In this document: piece after piece, positions 26,230-38,832 of the stretch
How the letters are laid out: each line of letters starts with the position of its first letter
Numbering within the stretch: the first letter of the stretch is position 1
Origin: Octopus bimaculoides
Taxonomy: Eukaryota
Direction of reading: 5' to 3'
Length of the DNA stretch: 64,000 nucleotides
NCBI RefSeq assembly: GCF_001194135.2
Contig: NC_068983.1
Location: 63,167,880 to 63,231,879 of the forward strand
Notes under the pieces: model-generated
Seen by the model: the letters and a program-made list of their open reading frames with translations, nothing else
What the model was told of the DNA's origin: nothing
Database searches by the model: none
Made by a program: the position numbers and the translations under genes

Positions 26230-26560
26230 TTTCGCAACATAAGAACACGTAATATGCGGCGGAGGGCGAGATTGAATTGACTTAGTTTTAGTCTTATTGT
26301 ATCCTTATCGTTGTAGTACTTTAGGTGGTGGTGTTCTTGTTTCATTCTTTCTATTGAGTGTATGCACTGCAAAGGTGGCGAGCATCCTTTTGTATTCTTT
26401 TAATTTGTCTTAATGTAATATCCTTTTGATGCTTCGAAAGTGTTTTTAATGCAACATTTTTGTAGATCCATTGTGCTTTAGTACAGAATTTTCATAGCGT
26501 ATGGTTGTTGATTTGTTTTCACTGCATTGTCAACCCTCTGCAATACATTCACTTATGCTG
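26230..26560 (-). mobile_element. Possible Penelope-like element N-terminal ORF remnant
   Basis: Minus frames give IRYENSVLKHNGSTK followed, across frameshifts, by coding-like IHSIERMKQEHHHLKYY, resembling remembered PLE N-termini. Weak. Confidence 0.3.
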
Positions 26561-28639
26561 CTGGTAGTTTTCCTATACAGGTTGTGGTGTTGTCATTTTC
26601 CGCCTTTGCTCCCCTCTAGGACAATGACCTTGTACCTGTGGTAGAAATCAATATTCTTATTGGAAACAGGATTGGTAGAGAGGCCGACAAAATTCTTTTG
26701 GTTGTAAATTAGACCTCTTACATTTTGAGTTCAAGTCCCATTGGGCTTAAGTTTCTCCTTCATTCTATTTATGATAAGATAAATACTAATTGAGTACGAT
26801 AATCGATTACTATACTCTCCCGTGCGAATATACCTATCTTGAGACAAATCTAATTATTTTTGTTACATACATGTACCCTATCTCATCACCAAAGAATTAG
26901 GGATAATTATATCTGTTAATGCTCATCTAGGTCTGGTGTTGGTAGTGCTGGTAGTGGTGGTGGTAGTGGTGGTGGTGGTGAGGGTGGAAATAGTGATGTG
27001 GTAGGGGTGGTGTTTGTACTTTGTTTTTAATGATATAGTTGTTTTTTTTCATTCGCAAAATATGCATTTTTTAAAAGGAATATGCATTTTTTTAAAAGAA
27101 AGTGAAAAAAATAAAAATCGGCTATAATAATGTAGTCTTCCAGTCCCATTGCTATGAAGGCATGATGCTGTGGAGAAAAAAAAATTGGAGGAAAAAGTTA
27201 CAAAGGTTTAAAAATCGAAAAAACTGTATATATTTTTAGCCAATAGCGAGACAGAAGTTTTCTGCGTTTAGCGGAGCGGTGTCAACTTTAAGGTTGTACC
27301 CTGTGAAATTAATAGTTTAGCGTCTGACCTGGTCATTGTAGGTTTGTAAATAAACAGAAATACCTTATTTCATTGTAGGTTTCTAAATAAACAGAAATTC
27401 CTAATAAAGTCAACATACATCATCTTACTGTTTCTTTTGTCTCTTTATTGATTGTATGTTTTTATTATTTAAAAAAAATTATATTAATTTATTTGTCTGC
27501 ATGTGTTTACTTCATGTGTATTTCAGTATTATATATACCTGTCATGTATTTGTGTACATCATTAATATATAAGTACATGTGTGTGCGTGTAAAGGGGGCG
27601 TCTGTCTCCAAAACTCCTAAGTTGAGTAACGTTTTCATGCTTGGATTTGCCAGCTACGATAAGAATAACCCTGGACAACAAAGAATTTGTCTCAAGAAAA
27701 AGAATTTATGTATCTTATATGTTTTTGCATGCAGAATTCAAAAATAATGTTAAGTTATCTGTATCGTCCACAGATTCTCTGTTCTATGATATTCTTCTCA
27801 GTTTCAGTTACGTGGGCTTAATTTCAGTTGAGCTGTTGAAACGCGAAGCTAACGATTTAAGAAATACTCCTAATTTAAATGTTTATGAATAAAATTAACT
27901 TAGTGAACTCATAAATCCAGCTGAATTAATGCGTCCCTAAAGCTTGGAAAGCATCAGTCGATGAATCACTAATGCTTTGTCAGTACTGTGCTTGAAGTGT
28001 ATGTGCGTGGTTGTGTACTAAGTCCTCATATTCCATTCACCTTCATAATGCCAAGAAACCGTATAAACATCGCAAATAACTTTTGCTATATATGAAAAAT
28101 ATGTAAAATAGATTAAGACAATTCACGAAAAATATCTATAGTGAGATTCTAATTGATAAATATAATTTTTTTTTTTTTAAACAAAACACGCGGATGACGG
28201 AAATCTCATGGTGTGAAGAATCAACACAACGTGCGGGTGAAGTGAAACATAACACAACGTGCGGTTGTCATGGTAACAAGCTGTTAATGCTTCGCTATCT
28301 GTTGATTGGCTAAAATAACCCAAATATCCCAACTTTAATTCCAAATAACATCAGATTTTTTTAAATTTACGAGATAAAGTAGTTGGTTGATCGTAATCAA
28401 AATTCAGAGTTGCATCAATACACCAAAATTGAAAGCAATCTGAGCAAACTTAAAGGGAGCGCATTTTGCGAATGAAACAAACTAAATCTGGTTTTAATGA
28501 AGGTTGAATGCATTGAATAGAATAAACAATAAAAGATATTACATAGTTAGCAGCATTAGGTAAAATAACTACTTTGCCTTGAGAAACTGTTTTTTCTGAG
28601 TTGTACAATGGAAATGGAATGAGTTGTAGAGCAACAATG

Positions 28640-28940
28640 GAAGACTCTCAAAGGTATATTGCATTTGTTTTAAAACCCATATTTTCTCCTCTCTCGACAA
28701 GCAAATTAAGAAATTTCCTGATTACATGAAAATGAAAGGTAAAATAGGTGGAATCACCCAACTCTGAAGCAATTATGTTATGAAAAACAAAGAGATGACA
28801 TCTCAGACACTCTCAGCTTGGTTGAGAAGATTTATATTCAAGTAGCAAGGAATCGGTTATTAACAACAGAAGTAGAAATAGATGTTGTTTGTTTTGTGGT
28901 TTTTATCTTCCTAATTCATGAAAGATGTGCCTCGGGAATC
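28640..28940 (+). mobile_element. Possible DIRS-type tyrosine recombinase remnant
   Basis: YIAFVLKPIFSP..DYMKMKGKIGGITQL*SNYVMKNKEMTSQTLSAWLRRFIFK*QGI resembles YL.RT..R..QLF.S..P.K.VSSQT.SRW....AGI. Confidence 0.35.
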
Positions 28941-29268
28941 AGGCAGAGTGATTCTGAAGATAGGCTGTGTTTATTGACACACTACTTATGGTAAAGGAAG
29001 CACATGCGCTTACGTACCATTTTGGATATACACTTCTACTTATGCACCATGAAATACATTTATATGTATGTCTGTTATTCGGTATAAGCATATACACAAA
29101 TGTAAAGGTAGAAACATAAGTGTGCCAGCAAAAAATACACAGTAATCAAATTTTTCATTAAGATATAAGTATTTCATTAAGTTCATATACGCAAATATAT
29201 AAATAAATATGCGTTAACACTACAGATATGTTTATATATTCAATTAAATATGCATATCCACGTATAAT

Positions 29269-29307
<39 letters not shown>

Positions 29308-30129
29308 ATGTGTGTATGTGTGTGTGTGTATAGACAGAGAGACAGAGAGAGAGAGAGAAGCTATATCTCTGCTTGTATCAATAAACCTTTACACATACAT
29401 GTGTACGCGCACACAATGTTTATATGAGATGCTTGTAAGTATATGTTTATAAGTTTATATGTACATGTATATTTGACACAAACAAACATACATACATATA
29501 TACATCCATACATACATACATACAAACATACATACATACATACATACGTACATACATACATACACAGTCAGACAGATAGGTACACAGACACCTGAATGCA
29601 TATTCCATTTCAAACTTCTTTATCAATATACACAACGACATGTTATATATACAACTTCTTGAAAGGTAATTATAGGTATTGGAATACAAAATCTTGAGCT
29701 CAAGATTGATCGGGCACCAGCGGGTATATGGATGCTTGTCTTCACATAAGTTCAGGTGTACACGTGCAAATATAAATAGGGATATACATATACATGTTCT
29801 TAAGTGTACATGAATATAAATATTCTTATATGCATATTCATGCCGCGTGTACATGTANNNNNNNNNNNNNNNNNNNNNNNNNNNNNNNNNNNNNNNNNNN
29901 NNNNNNNNNNNNNNNNNNNNNNNNNNNNNNNNNNNNNNNNNNNNNNNNNNNNNNNNNNNNNNNNNNNNNNNNNNNNNNNNNNNNNNNNNNNNNNNNNNNN
30001 NNNNNNNNNNNNNNNNNNNNNNNNNNNNNNNNNNNNNNNNNNNNNNNNNNNNNNNNNNNNNNNNNNNNNTATACATATATATATACGTATATATATATAT
30101 ATATATATACATATATATACATATATATA

Positions 30130-30168
<39 letters not shown>

Positions 30169-30670
30169 GTGTGTGTGTGTGTGTGTCTTCATATATATAT
30201 AGAGAGAGAGGGAGAGAGACAGACAGACAAACAGACAGACAGGCAGAAAGAGAGAAAGTGGGAGATAGAGAGGAGGTGAGTGAAGAGAGAGATAATAAAA
30301 TAGATAGACTGATAGATGAATCTGTGACTGATTGCTTTTATCGATAGTTTGATTATCGTTTTCATCTAGAAACAGGATGCAGGCAATAGACAATAAATAG
30401 ATTTTACATGCATATCCTTAGTTCGAAGATGACGCTTCTTAAATCGTAACGGTGAAGATGGATGTTTTCATCTTCGGTCAATTGAATTTCTGTGTTCCTG
30501 AGATGTCTCTTGCATGTATAGAATGGTGTATACTGGTACCTCTGTTTATATCCAATTTGTATGATTTTCTTCAATATTTCTATGATTTTCTTCAATATAT
30601 TAGTAACTATTTGCTTTTTATGTAAAAATACTCATAAGTCATTTCAAAGTTTTTACTACAATTTATTTAA

Positions 30671-30868
30671 TGTGGCGTGTGGGCAAAATCGTTGGCACGC
30701 CGGACAAAGTGGTTAGCAGCATTTCATCTGTCTTTACGCTCTGTGTTCAAATTCCGTCTAGGTAGGCCTTGCCATTCATCCTTTCAGGATCAATGAACTG
30801 CGGTCAATATAATGGAATTCCTCTTCCCATAAAATGCCAGGCCTTGTGCGTATAGCAGGTAGAATTAC
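30671..30868 (+). mobile_element. Diverged SINE family A copy
   Basis: ggcaaaatcgttggcacgccggac..gttcaaattcc..ttcatcctttcagg..caggccttgtgcgtatagcag. Confidence 0.75.
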
Positions 30869-31453
30869 TTATTTGATAAAAAGATGATTGTGGAAAAAGT
30901 GTATTGTGTGAGCTGTTATTGTTTGGATGTACATAAAATATACTGTATTAGTTTTGTTACCTAATCTGATAGTAACTGCTTTACGTATGTACAATATGGT
31001 TTCTGTTATTGCATTGAGAATTAATGTTACTGTGCAGACGGTATACTGTGTTTGTGTTAATTTAAAGTATCTTACGTTGGTGTAATCACTGTTCGTATAG
31101 AGATGTCTTTGAATTGATTGATGCTATAAGTTCTGGTATACTCGTTTATGTTTGCGCTCACGTTCTTTCGTATCATACATAGGGTATCCATAAGTTTTAG
31201 TACGGGTTTACCCCTACATCCGTCATCTTCCTTACTTATATGCCGAAAACGTGGTATTTTCATGTTTTGAGGTTTCTTACTCTTTTGTAGTTTTTGTGTG
31301 ACACTTTGGTCAGATATGGTCAATATGTCTACTAGAGTACATATATTATCATCTTTGTCTTTCAACATAAATTGCCGGGTTTCTTTGATCTCGCTCTATC
31401 TCTCTCCTCTTCTCTCCATCTCTCTTTCGCTCTCTCTTTCTCTCCATCTCTAT

Positions 31454-31562
<109 letters not shown>

Positions 31563-33299
31563 TCTCTCTCCCTCTCAGTTTGGACAGACATACTCCCAAT
31601 TATCATAGCTAGGTTTTGTCATATTTCATGCCTCTTTAAACCACTTGTCCACACTTTTCATATGGATAGGTTGGTATATTGTCCAGAGATATATAATCCT
31701 TCTTCGTCATCTACGAGAATAGTTCTTTGGAAGAACTATGCGTTTAATAATTTTTTTCTGGTAATATTATTTTTAGGTGAGGTTGTTTAATTACTTTTGT
31801 AATGTTTTGTAGTTAGATATTGTTTCTTTCCAAAAAAGTCGGAACAACATTTTGTTTTTAATCGACAGCATTTCAGCTTTTGCTTCCTTTCTTACCGATG
31901 CACATCTCTGTTAATTATACATTTTTTTTTCTTTTTTCATTATTTTGGGTTCCATTTTCAGTTTTCTCTTTTGTAAATTTTTTTTTTTTTTGAAGCTGTG
32001 GTTTAAGATTAAGATGGCTAGCGTTTTTATCCCTATTATCCTAGCAGCAACAAAACCTTCAACGGCAACAATAATAACGATAGCGACGTTACCACTGAAA
32101 AGACAAAGAATTCATCATTTGCCTATGGCCCCCGGTCAATAAACGAACCGTTCAATCGAGAACAATAGTCAGTGAAAAATTCCAAGTGTTGTGATATCAA
32201 ATCTGAGGAGATATTACATCTCTAGTTGAAGGGATGAACACTACCCCCACTCAAATGACCAGACCATTATTTACAGGTGTGTCAACCGATCAGACAGAAA
32301 GTTTCTGTCTCACGTTTCATCACAAATTCATAAATTCCCGCAAGAGGTATAGTTTGTGGTCACATAGTTAACAAAGGGAGAACACTGAACAGTGGGAGTC
32401 ATATGTAACAGCAGTCAAGAATCCCGGAACATTGGTTACAACCAGTGTTCCTTCTTTGTAATTTGTCAAGATCTCACTTTTTTTCATGGAATGTCAGGTG
32501 CCTAGTGTCAGAGTCGGCGACGCCTCCACGACTGACTGAGACCAGACCAGAGTTCTGAAAATAGTAGAGATACAGAAGAGAAAAAATATGACTTGAGTTC
32601 AATCACCAACAGAACCGAAGGGGTACATCGCAAATATTCAAGGTTTTTATTACAATTGCTCTGGGAAGTGTGAGCAGATGCTGCCAGATGTTGAGCGTGG
32701 GAACCTTGAATTCTTCATTTGCTGTAAATAGACCACATTAGAATTTTTGTACATCATGGAAGATGTAGAGCGCAAAGAGATTATTTCAAAAACCAACAAA
32801 CACAAAAAAGACGCGTTTAAACATACAAGTCAATAATCATGTCACCACCACAACAACAACAACCATCAAAATACTCATAATAAGAGCAAAGGGACAGCAA
32901 AATCTATCACAATAGTAACAGTCCACAACATTGAGCTACAGAAACAACAAAAAATCAACTCCAACAACAATAACAAACACACGTAGGTGAACTCTTCAAT
33001 TTCACATTTCGAAATGGGTGAGATGTGTTGATGAAATTTCTGTATTTAAACACTTTATACTAACAATAGACATGGGTTTTGGGGCGTTTCCTATTCAAAA
33101 TACACCAAAGTGTACAGACATTTGTGTGATGGAAACTTTTCTCTCAAAATGCAAAACACTTTGAAAGAAACACTTGTCAAGAAAGATTTTGAAAGGTCTT
33201 TCAAGGACCTTGAACAGACTTACCTCTAGCTTAGGGTAGGTGGCCACACACCCTTTCTTTTTTTCATTTCTTCCTAACATAGCTATTCTGTTTAACTGC

Positions 33300-33490
33300 A
33301 CATAGCCTGGTGTCGGCAAGGATATCTGCTCAACTATTTAAAACCACTACATCCAGACTTGGTAGCCATCAGCAAGACCAGAATTTCCGAAGTGCTCTCA
33401 TTCGCTTTCCATCTAGATGTCTATGATGCTTACAGGTAGATGGAGCCGGACACCCGGATTTCTGTAGACGTTTCAAGATATTCTTAAGAA
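33300..33490 (+). mobile_element. L1/Tx1 apurinic-like endonuclease N-terminal fragment
   Basis: WCRQGYLLNYLKPLHPDLVAISKTRIS resembles the APE D(I/V)..(I/L)QET motif region. Confidence 0.45.
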
Positions 33491-33789
33491 TATAGTGCTC
33501 ACTTGTACTATCAAACAACTGAGATATCGTCTTAGCCTACATTGAGATATTGTGTGAATAAATGATGCTATATTGGGTGAAAAAGATATGCATTACTTCT
33601 CAAACATTTCAATTATGCAAGTTATTGACATCTGACATCGTCTTTGATGGGATAGAAAGGTATTTTAGGAATCACAGGGAAATTAGTTTGGCGAGAGTCG
33701 ATAGGACTATTATCAAACGCAGGAGTTAGTTTTATTAAAAAGAAAAATTAGAGCAATTTGCTTTGCTTTGGTAAATACATCATTATAGA

Positions 33790-34150
33790 AAACAAAAGAA
33801 CAGCTAATCAATTTATCAGCAGACGCACATATATGACGCATATTATACAATATCCAAGCAGCAAGATTGGACTCTGTCCATTTCCTAGGTGTGAAAGATG
33901 CTGCTTGCGATAGGGTGCGTGCGCTGAAAGATGAAAGCATGAAAGCTATACGATGGTCCATATGACAGAGGTGTAGTGTGCAAACAAAACTAGAGTTTGG
34001 TTTTTGACGAACACGGAGGAACACATGCTATCCGATTTCATGTAGATGTATTCAGAAAAGTGCTGCTGGATCAGCCTTTTGCTAAAATATCCGCGAATAG
34101 CGACGGATTGAAGACGGTGGACATTGATACTTACCTCAACTGCTACCAAC
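33790..34150 (+). mobile_element. Decayed coding segment, probably the zinc-knuckle (zf-RVT) end of a second L1-clade family
   Basis: I*RILYNIQAARLDSVHFLGVKDAACDRVRALKDESM, then after a frameshift FDEHGGTHAIRFHVDVFRKVLLDQPF. Loosely fits W..L.N....R..G.....C..C...ES. Confidence 0.3.
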
Positions 34151-34159
34151 CGCTGTTCT

Positions 34160-34575
34160 TTATATGCGCTGTTTCACCGCTCGTCTCTTTCACAGAACTC
34201 CAGTCATGAATCAAGCGCAAATTGAAACCGGGCACCTAGCACCCAGAGTGCTGTCAGACGCTCACAGTACTCTGCCAGTCAGTCGATGGGCTCGGTGACT
34301 CTTCCATATGGCGTTCAACAGAGAATTAGTTTATGGATATGAGTAGCAATGAGTTCGGAGAAATTGGGAGTTGATGAAAATCAGTTGGTTGGCCTTTTTC
34401 TAAGGACTTTAGAGGTGGGACGCATGGATAATTTCCAGAAATCTCTTGCATGGCAGTGCTACTAAAGGAACATTGCCAATTCGGGATAAACTCTAGAGGT
34501 ATGTTATTGCCGTCAGTCACGCCTGACCGAGATACGCACAGAACGACGAAACTGTCTCGCACTTGTTCGTACACT
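34160..34575 (+). mobile_element. L1/Tx1 ORF2 3' fragment, first of a tandem pair
   Basis: PLVSFTELQS*IKRK, RTLEVGRMDNFQKSLAWQCY, PIRDKL, NDETVSH. Confidence 0.75.
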
Positions 34576-34576
34576 T

Positions 34577-35530
34577 TTGCTGACTAAAGTGTCTCTAAGC
34601 GCTTGGCATCTAAAGTGTCTCCAGTCGTGCAATGCGGTTGGTGGAAGTTCCACTTTGGAGTTTTATACGGGATTAGTGGAAGGCAAGAGCGACGACGTAC
34701 TCGGAGAGGTCTTGGGCATCGAGGGGGATCAAATATCTGGTCTCTTCTGGAGGACTTTAGGACCGGAAACTATGGATAACTTCTGAAATCCCTGGCCTGG
34801 CAGTGCTACCATGGTCACTGTCGGTTTGAGATAAGCTCTTCGGGCGCGGGTGTGCAGTCAGTCGAGCTTAACAGAGATGCACGCGGAAAGATAAAACCGT
34901 TCTGCATGCTCTCGTACAGTGTCCGCGCATTGCTGACTTGTGGAGCTTTATCGAACAGTTATTGTCACGTGTAGGACGGATCCGGTTATCGTCAGAGTCC
35001 ATTGTAAAGATCGTCCCGACACCGTCCTTTGGCCGGGAAGACAGGGTAAGTTTTCTCTGTCTGGTGGTTATGGCAAAAGAGGATGTGTGGTGAACGCAAT
35101 TGGAAGGGTTGAAGATGGGTACCTTCCTCTTTTGCCAAGGCCTCATTGACTTTTTCAGGCTCCCACCTGAAAAGGAAAGTGAGGCTGGAGAGGGAGGCAC
35201 TGTCATCCAGTAAGTTCGTTGAAAGGTGGGTAAATGTGACAAGAATGGCCCGCGTGAATGGGCCTACTTTAAGTCTGCGCCTGTAGGCCAGATGTAAGGG
35301 AGAAGAGAGGGTTCCTTTCTGAGGAGCTGTTGGTGTTAAGGAGCCCAAAGTGCGTTAGGTCTCTTTGGTCACCTTACGGTGGAACTCCCCGCCTCCTTTT
35401 GGGGAAGCATATTGCTGATTTATTCTTTGCTAATCGTTGTGTTTGTTTGCTGTTTACACGTTTAACCTCACTATTTCTCGTCTGTGTATCACCGTCTGAG
35501 TTTTGTATTCGGCCCTGTGGCCAATAAGGA
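34577..35530 (+). mobile_element. L1/Tx1 ORF2 3' end and 3' UTR, second of the tandem pair
   Basis: DDVLGEVLGIEGDQISGLFWRTLGPETMDNF*(K)SLAWQCYHG, TVLHALVQCPRIADLWSFIEQLLSRVG..LKRKVRLEREALSSSKFVERWVNVTRMARVNGPTLSLRL*. The U-rich UTR ends at ccaataaggaaagt followed by (ATT)n. Confidence 0.85.
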
Positions 35531-35532
35531 AA

Positions 35533-35544
35533 GTATTATTATTA

Positions 35545-35599
<55 letters not shown>

Positions 35600-35606
35600 C
35601 ATCATC

Positions 35607-35677
<71 letters not shown>

Positions 35678-35725
35678 TATTATCATTATTATTATTATTG
35701 TTAGTATTATTATTATTATTATATA
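35533..35725. repeat. (ATT)n/(ATC)n trinucleotide array
   Basis: Direct reading. Confidence 0.97.
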
Positions 35726-35897
35726 ATCGTTAGGACGCCGGAAAATATGCTTAGCGGTATTTCACCCGTTGCTACGTTCTGAGTTCAAATTCCGCCGAGG
35801 TTGACTTTGCCTTTCATCCTTTCGGGGTCGATAACTTAAGTACCAACTGGCCTCCTCTCCAAAAAAATTTCAGGCCTTGTGCCTATAGTAGAAAGGA

Positions 35898-35900
<3 letters not shown>
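35724..35900 (+). mobile_element. SINE family A copy between ATT arrays
   Basis: gcttagcggtatttc..gagttcaaattccgccgaggttgactttgcctttcatcctttcggggtcgata..aagtacc. Confidence 0.88.
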
Positions 35901-35946
<46 letters not shown>

Positions 35947-36636
35947 CATTATGCTTTGAAACATAAAAAATAACCAATCGCCCAAGAAATTTTTTAAAAA
36001 ACTGTAGAGAAAGAAAATTTGAATCATTCCAACAAAAAAAGTGTTAAGAATAGTTAAAAATAACAAAATAAAATTATGACAAACAAACAACAGTGTAAGA
36101 GAAAACAAAAAAAAAGCAAATAAATAACATTTACATATTACAAAGTTATGCGGAAATTCTACAAAAGTTTCTTAATAAGAAAAGTATCTCAAAGAAAGAA
36201 AAATAAGCAAAAACATGAAATGCAAAACACAATTCCTAGTTTTTATATTTAATTTTTTTAAATTACATTTATAGAGACAGAAAAAAAAACACGTCTACTT
36301 CATTAAAAGAAAGTACGTGAAACTGCAAGTGTTATTTTTTTTTTAGTAATAAATAGTAAATGAATCACGTTATTGTTCAATATTTCTGGGAGACATGATT
36401 TAAAATGTAACAGATGTCTTTGTATAGACATTGATTAATTTATCAGAAATTACAGTAAGAATATCTTGTTATATGTAGGTTTGTCAACAGGTGGGGTAAA
36501 TGTAGAGTGACAAACTTAAAATCATATAATTACCAACAACGAAGACTCTGTAAGACAGGTTCTACGCAGTTGTTGGCGTGCAAAAAAAGTAGCCATATCT
36601 TAATCAAATTACACTCAACAGTCTTTAATAAGGAAA

Positions 36637-37024
36637 ACTGTTGTTGTTGGCACTCCGTCGCTTACGACGTCGAGGGTTCCAGTTGATCCGGTCAACGGAA
36701 CAGCCTGCTCGTAAAATTAACGTGCAAATGGCTGAGCACTCTACAGACACGTGTACCCTTAACGTAGTTCTCGGGGATATTCAGCGTGACACAGTGTGAC
36801 AAGGCTGACCCTTTGAATTACAGGCACAACAGAAACAGGAAGTAAGAGTGAGAGAAAGTTGTGGCGAAAGAGTACAGCAGGGTTCGCCACCATCGACTGC
36901 TGGAGCCTCGTGGAGCTTTAGGTATTTTCGCTCAATAAACACTCACAACGCCCGGTCTGGGAATCGAAACCGCTATCCTATGACCGCGAGTCCGCTGCCC
37001 TAACCACTGGGCCATTGCGCCTCC
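36637..37024 (-). mobile_element. Full-length tRNA-derived SINE family C with TSD
   Basis: Reverse-complement head ggaggcgcaatggcccagtggttagggcagcggactcgcggtcataggatagcggtttcgattccc carries A and B boxes, and the tail is (CAA)n. TSD aataaggaaa at 36627-36636 and 37025-37034. Confidence 0.9.
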
Positions 37025-38832
37025 AATAAGGAAAGCAAACACTGGATAATGTACACTCAGAAATAATGGTGGTCACGGTTGGAGTACATTTGATCATAGG
37101 TCTGTTGGATGAAGATAAACCTGGAGCAAAATTACCTCACCAACGACATCTACTAATTTCCTTTTTCCATATTCTGACTTGAGATCCAACCGAAGAAGGT
37201 ACCTTTTATATCATCGGAGTGGACAATATTTCTTCCCCTGCAACCTTCGGCTTTGTGCTGAATCCAACTAAATCAATACTTTATAGTTTCGTAAAATACT
37301 GTGGCAAGAACAAATTAGAGACAGTATTTAACAGGCTAAGAACTAAAATCAATGAAACTTATTTTTGTTCATTACTGTACATATGATAAATTACATCTAC
37401 CTCAATTTATAACCGTATCCAGGCAAGAAGTTTCTGCTTCGGTACAGTCGTAAGACTGATTTAGAAATATAACTTCTATTTCCCTCTTTCGATGTAACCA
37501 TTAGGAAATGACTGAAAGGTTTTGTTATATATAGCCTAGTTAGCGCGAGAGACTTTGTTGTTCATCCTTTCGGAGTCGACAAAATAAGTACCAGTTGAGC
37601 ACTGGTGTTGATGTAATCAAAATTTCAGGCCTTGTGCTTATAGTAGAAAAGAATATTATAAAAGACTATTCACTATGCAACAACCTCCAATGCTCGTTTA
37701 TGTAACACAGTAGAACTTCATGAAGAATGTTATAATGTGGATTATAGTTTTACGTTTCTAAAGATCAGTATGCAAAGCATCATACTTCTGTCTAATTTTG
37801 AAATTGTAAATTCAATTAATTAAAATAAGCCTTATTATTGTAAGAGTAATATTGATTTTAATTTTATTTTATTTTTAATTTTAAAATTATTTTTCGTCAG
37901 GAGACTCTTTTTTTCTTTTTACAAGGCCTCCGAAGCATGGGAGGAAAATATCTTCCATTTGGCGAGCTGCTCAGAATGCGAATGCTTGCAATACAGTGAA
38001 TTCCGCTGAAGACACCAAGTTTGTTAGGTATTGATGTTAAGCAGGGCGGCAGATGAAGTCTCCGACCCACATAATTCATTATGGGGTTTGAAATTATAAT
38101 GCGAATAGCCAGAGCAAATACCACAAGTCTACCATTGATTGTTTCAATTTATTGCCTGTGAAAAAAAAAACTAAAAATAAAATTAGCCTCGGCGGGCACT
38201 AAACATAAGATGCAAAGTATCGGAACAAATATCATCAGTTTGTCTATTCTCTAACAATTCTTCAATTTAATTAGAATGTTAAATGTCAATTAAAGGGAGT
38301 ATTCTCTTCATAAATTGATTCTCCTTGAATTAGTTGTCAATTTTTAGTTTTTTTATATTTGTCAATATTATGGTATTTCAAATATTTTAATGAGGTGATA
38401 TTTTTAATGAGTCATGTTTAAAGCAAATATTTTCCTTCGGAATATGTAACAAAACTGGTATAGTTGATGCTGGTTCTGAACAGATAGATAAACGATAGCT
38501 TGCATTCATACAGCTATAGATGACTTGTTTCATTGAGATATAGTTCATATGAATTCATTTATTTCTCACTAGTTTTGTCGTTGGAACCCAGGCTACACGT
38601 AGACGTACATAGAGTCACTAGTATGTACAATTTTCCCTTCTCAACTGGAATGGTCCCTATTACCACAAATCATTAAATTTTCACCGTAAGTAGAGATAAT
38701 TTTTAAAATTTTGTTTTGTAGGTATTTAATATAAACTTCTTTGAGTTATTTCTTTCTTTTAGTTCATTTCCGCTTCATACATACGTAAACACACCAGCAT
38801 CGGTTGTCAAGCGATGCTGGGGGGGGGGGGGG

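Noticed and set aside
32590-32740. Peptide GYIANIQG..MLPDVERGNLEFFICCK resembling an apextrin (ApeC) motif
   Set aside because: The spacing is imperfect, it is bounded by stops, and other frames resemble a decayed L1 zinc knuckle. There is no supporting WDDED-type motif.
36940-37024. tRNA-like sequences in SINE heads (also at 2853, 42100 and 53846)
   Set aside because: They continue into SINE bodies with TSDs and do not form complete cloverleaves, so they are not tRNA genes.
37925-38027. Plus-strand exon-like segment (PPKHGRKISSIWRAAQ..) with AG/GT borders
   Set aside because: No recognisable homology, only a moderate donor, and no compatible neighbouring exons.
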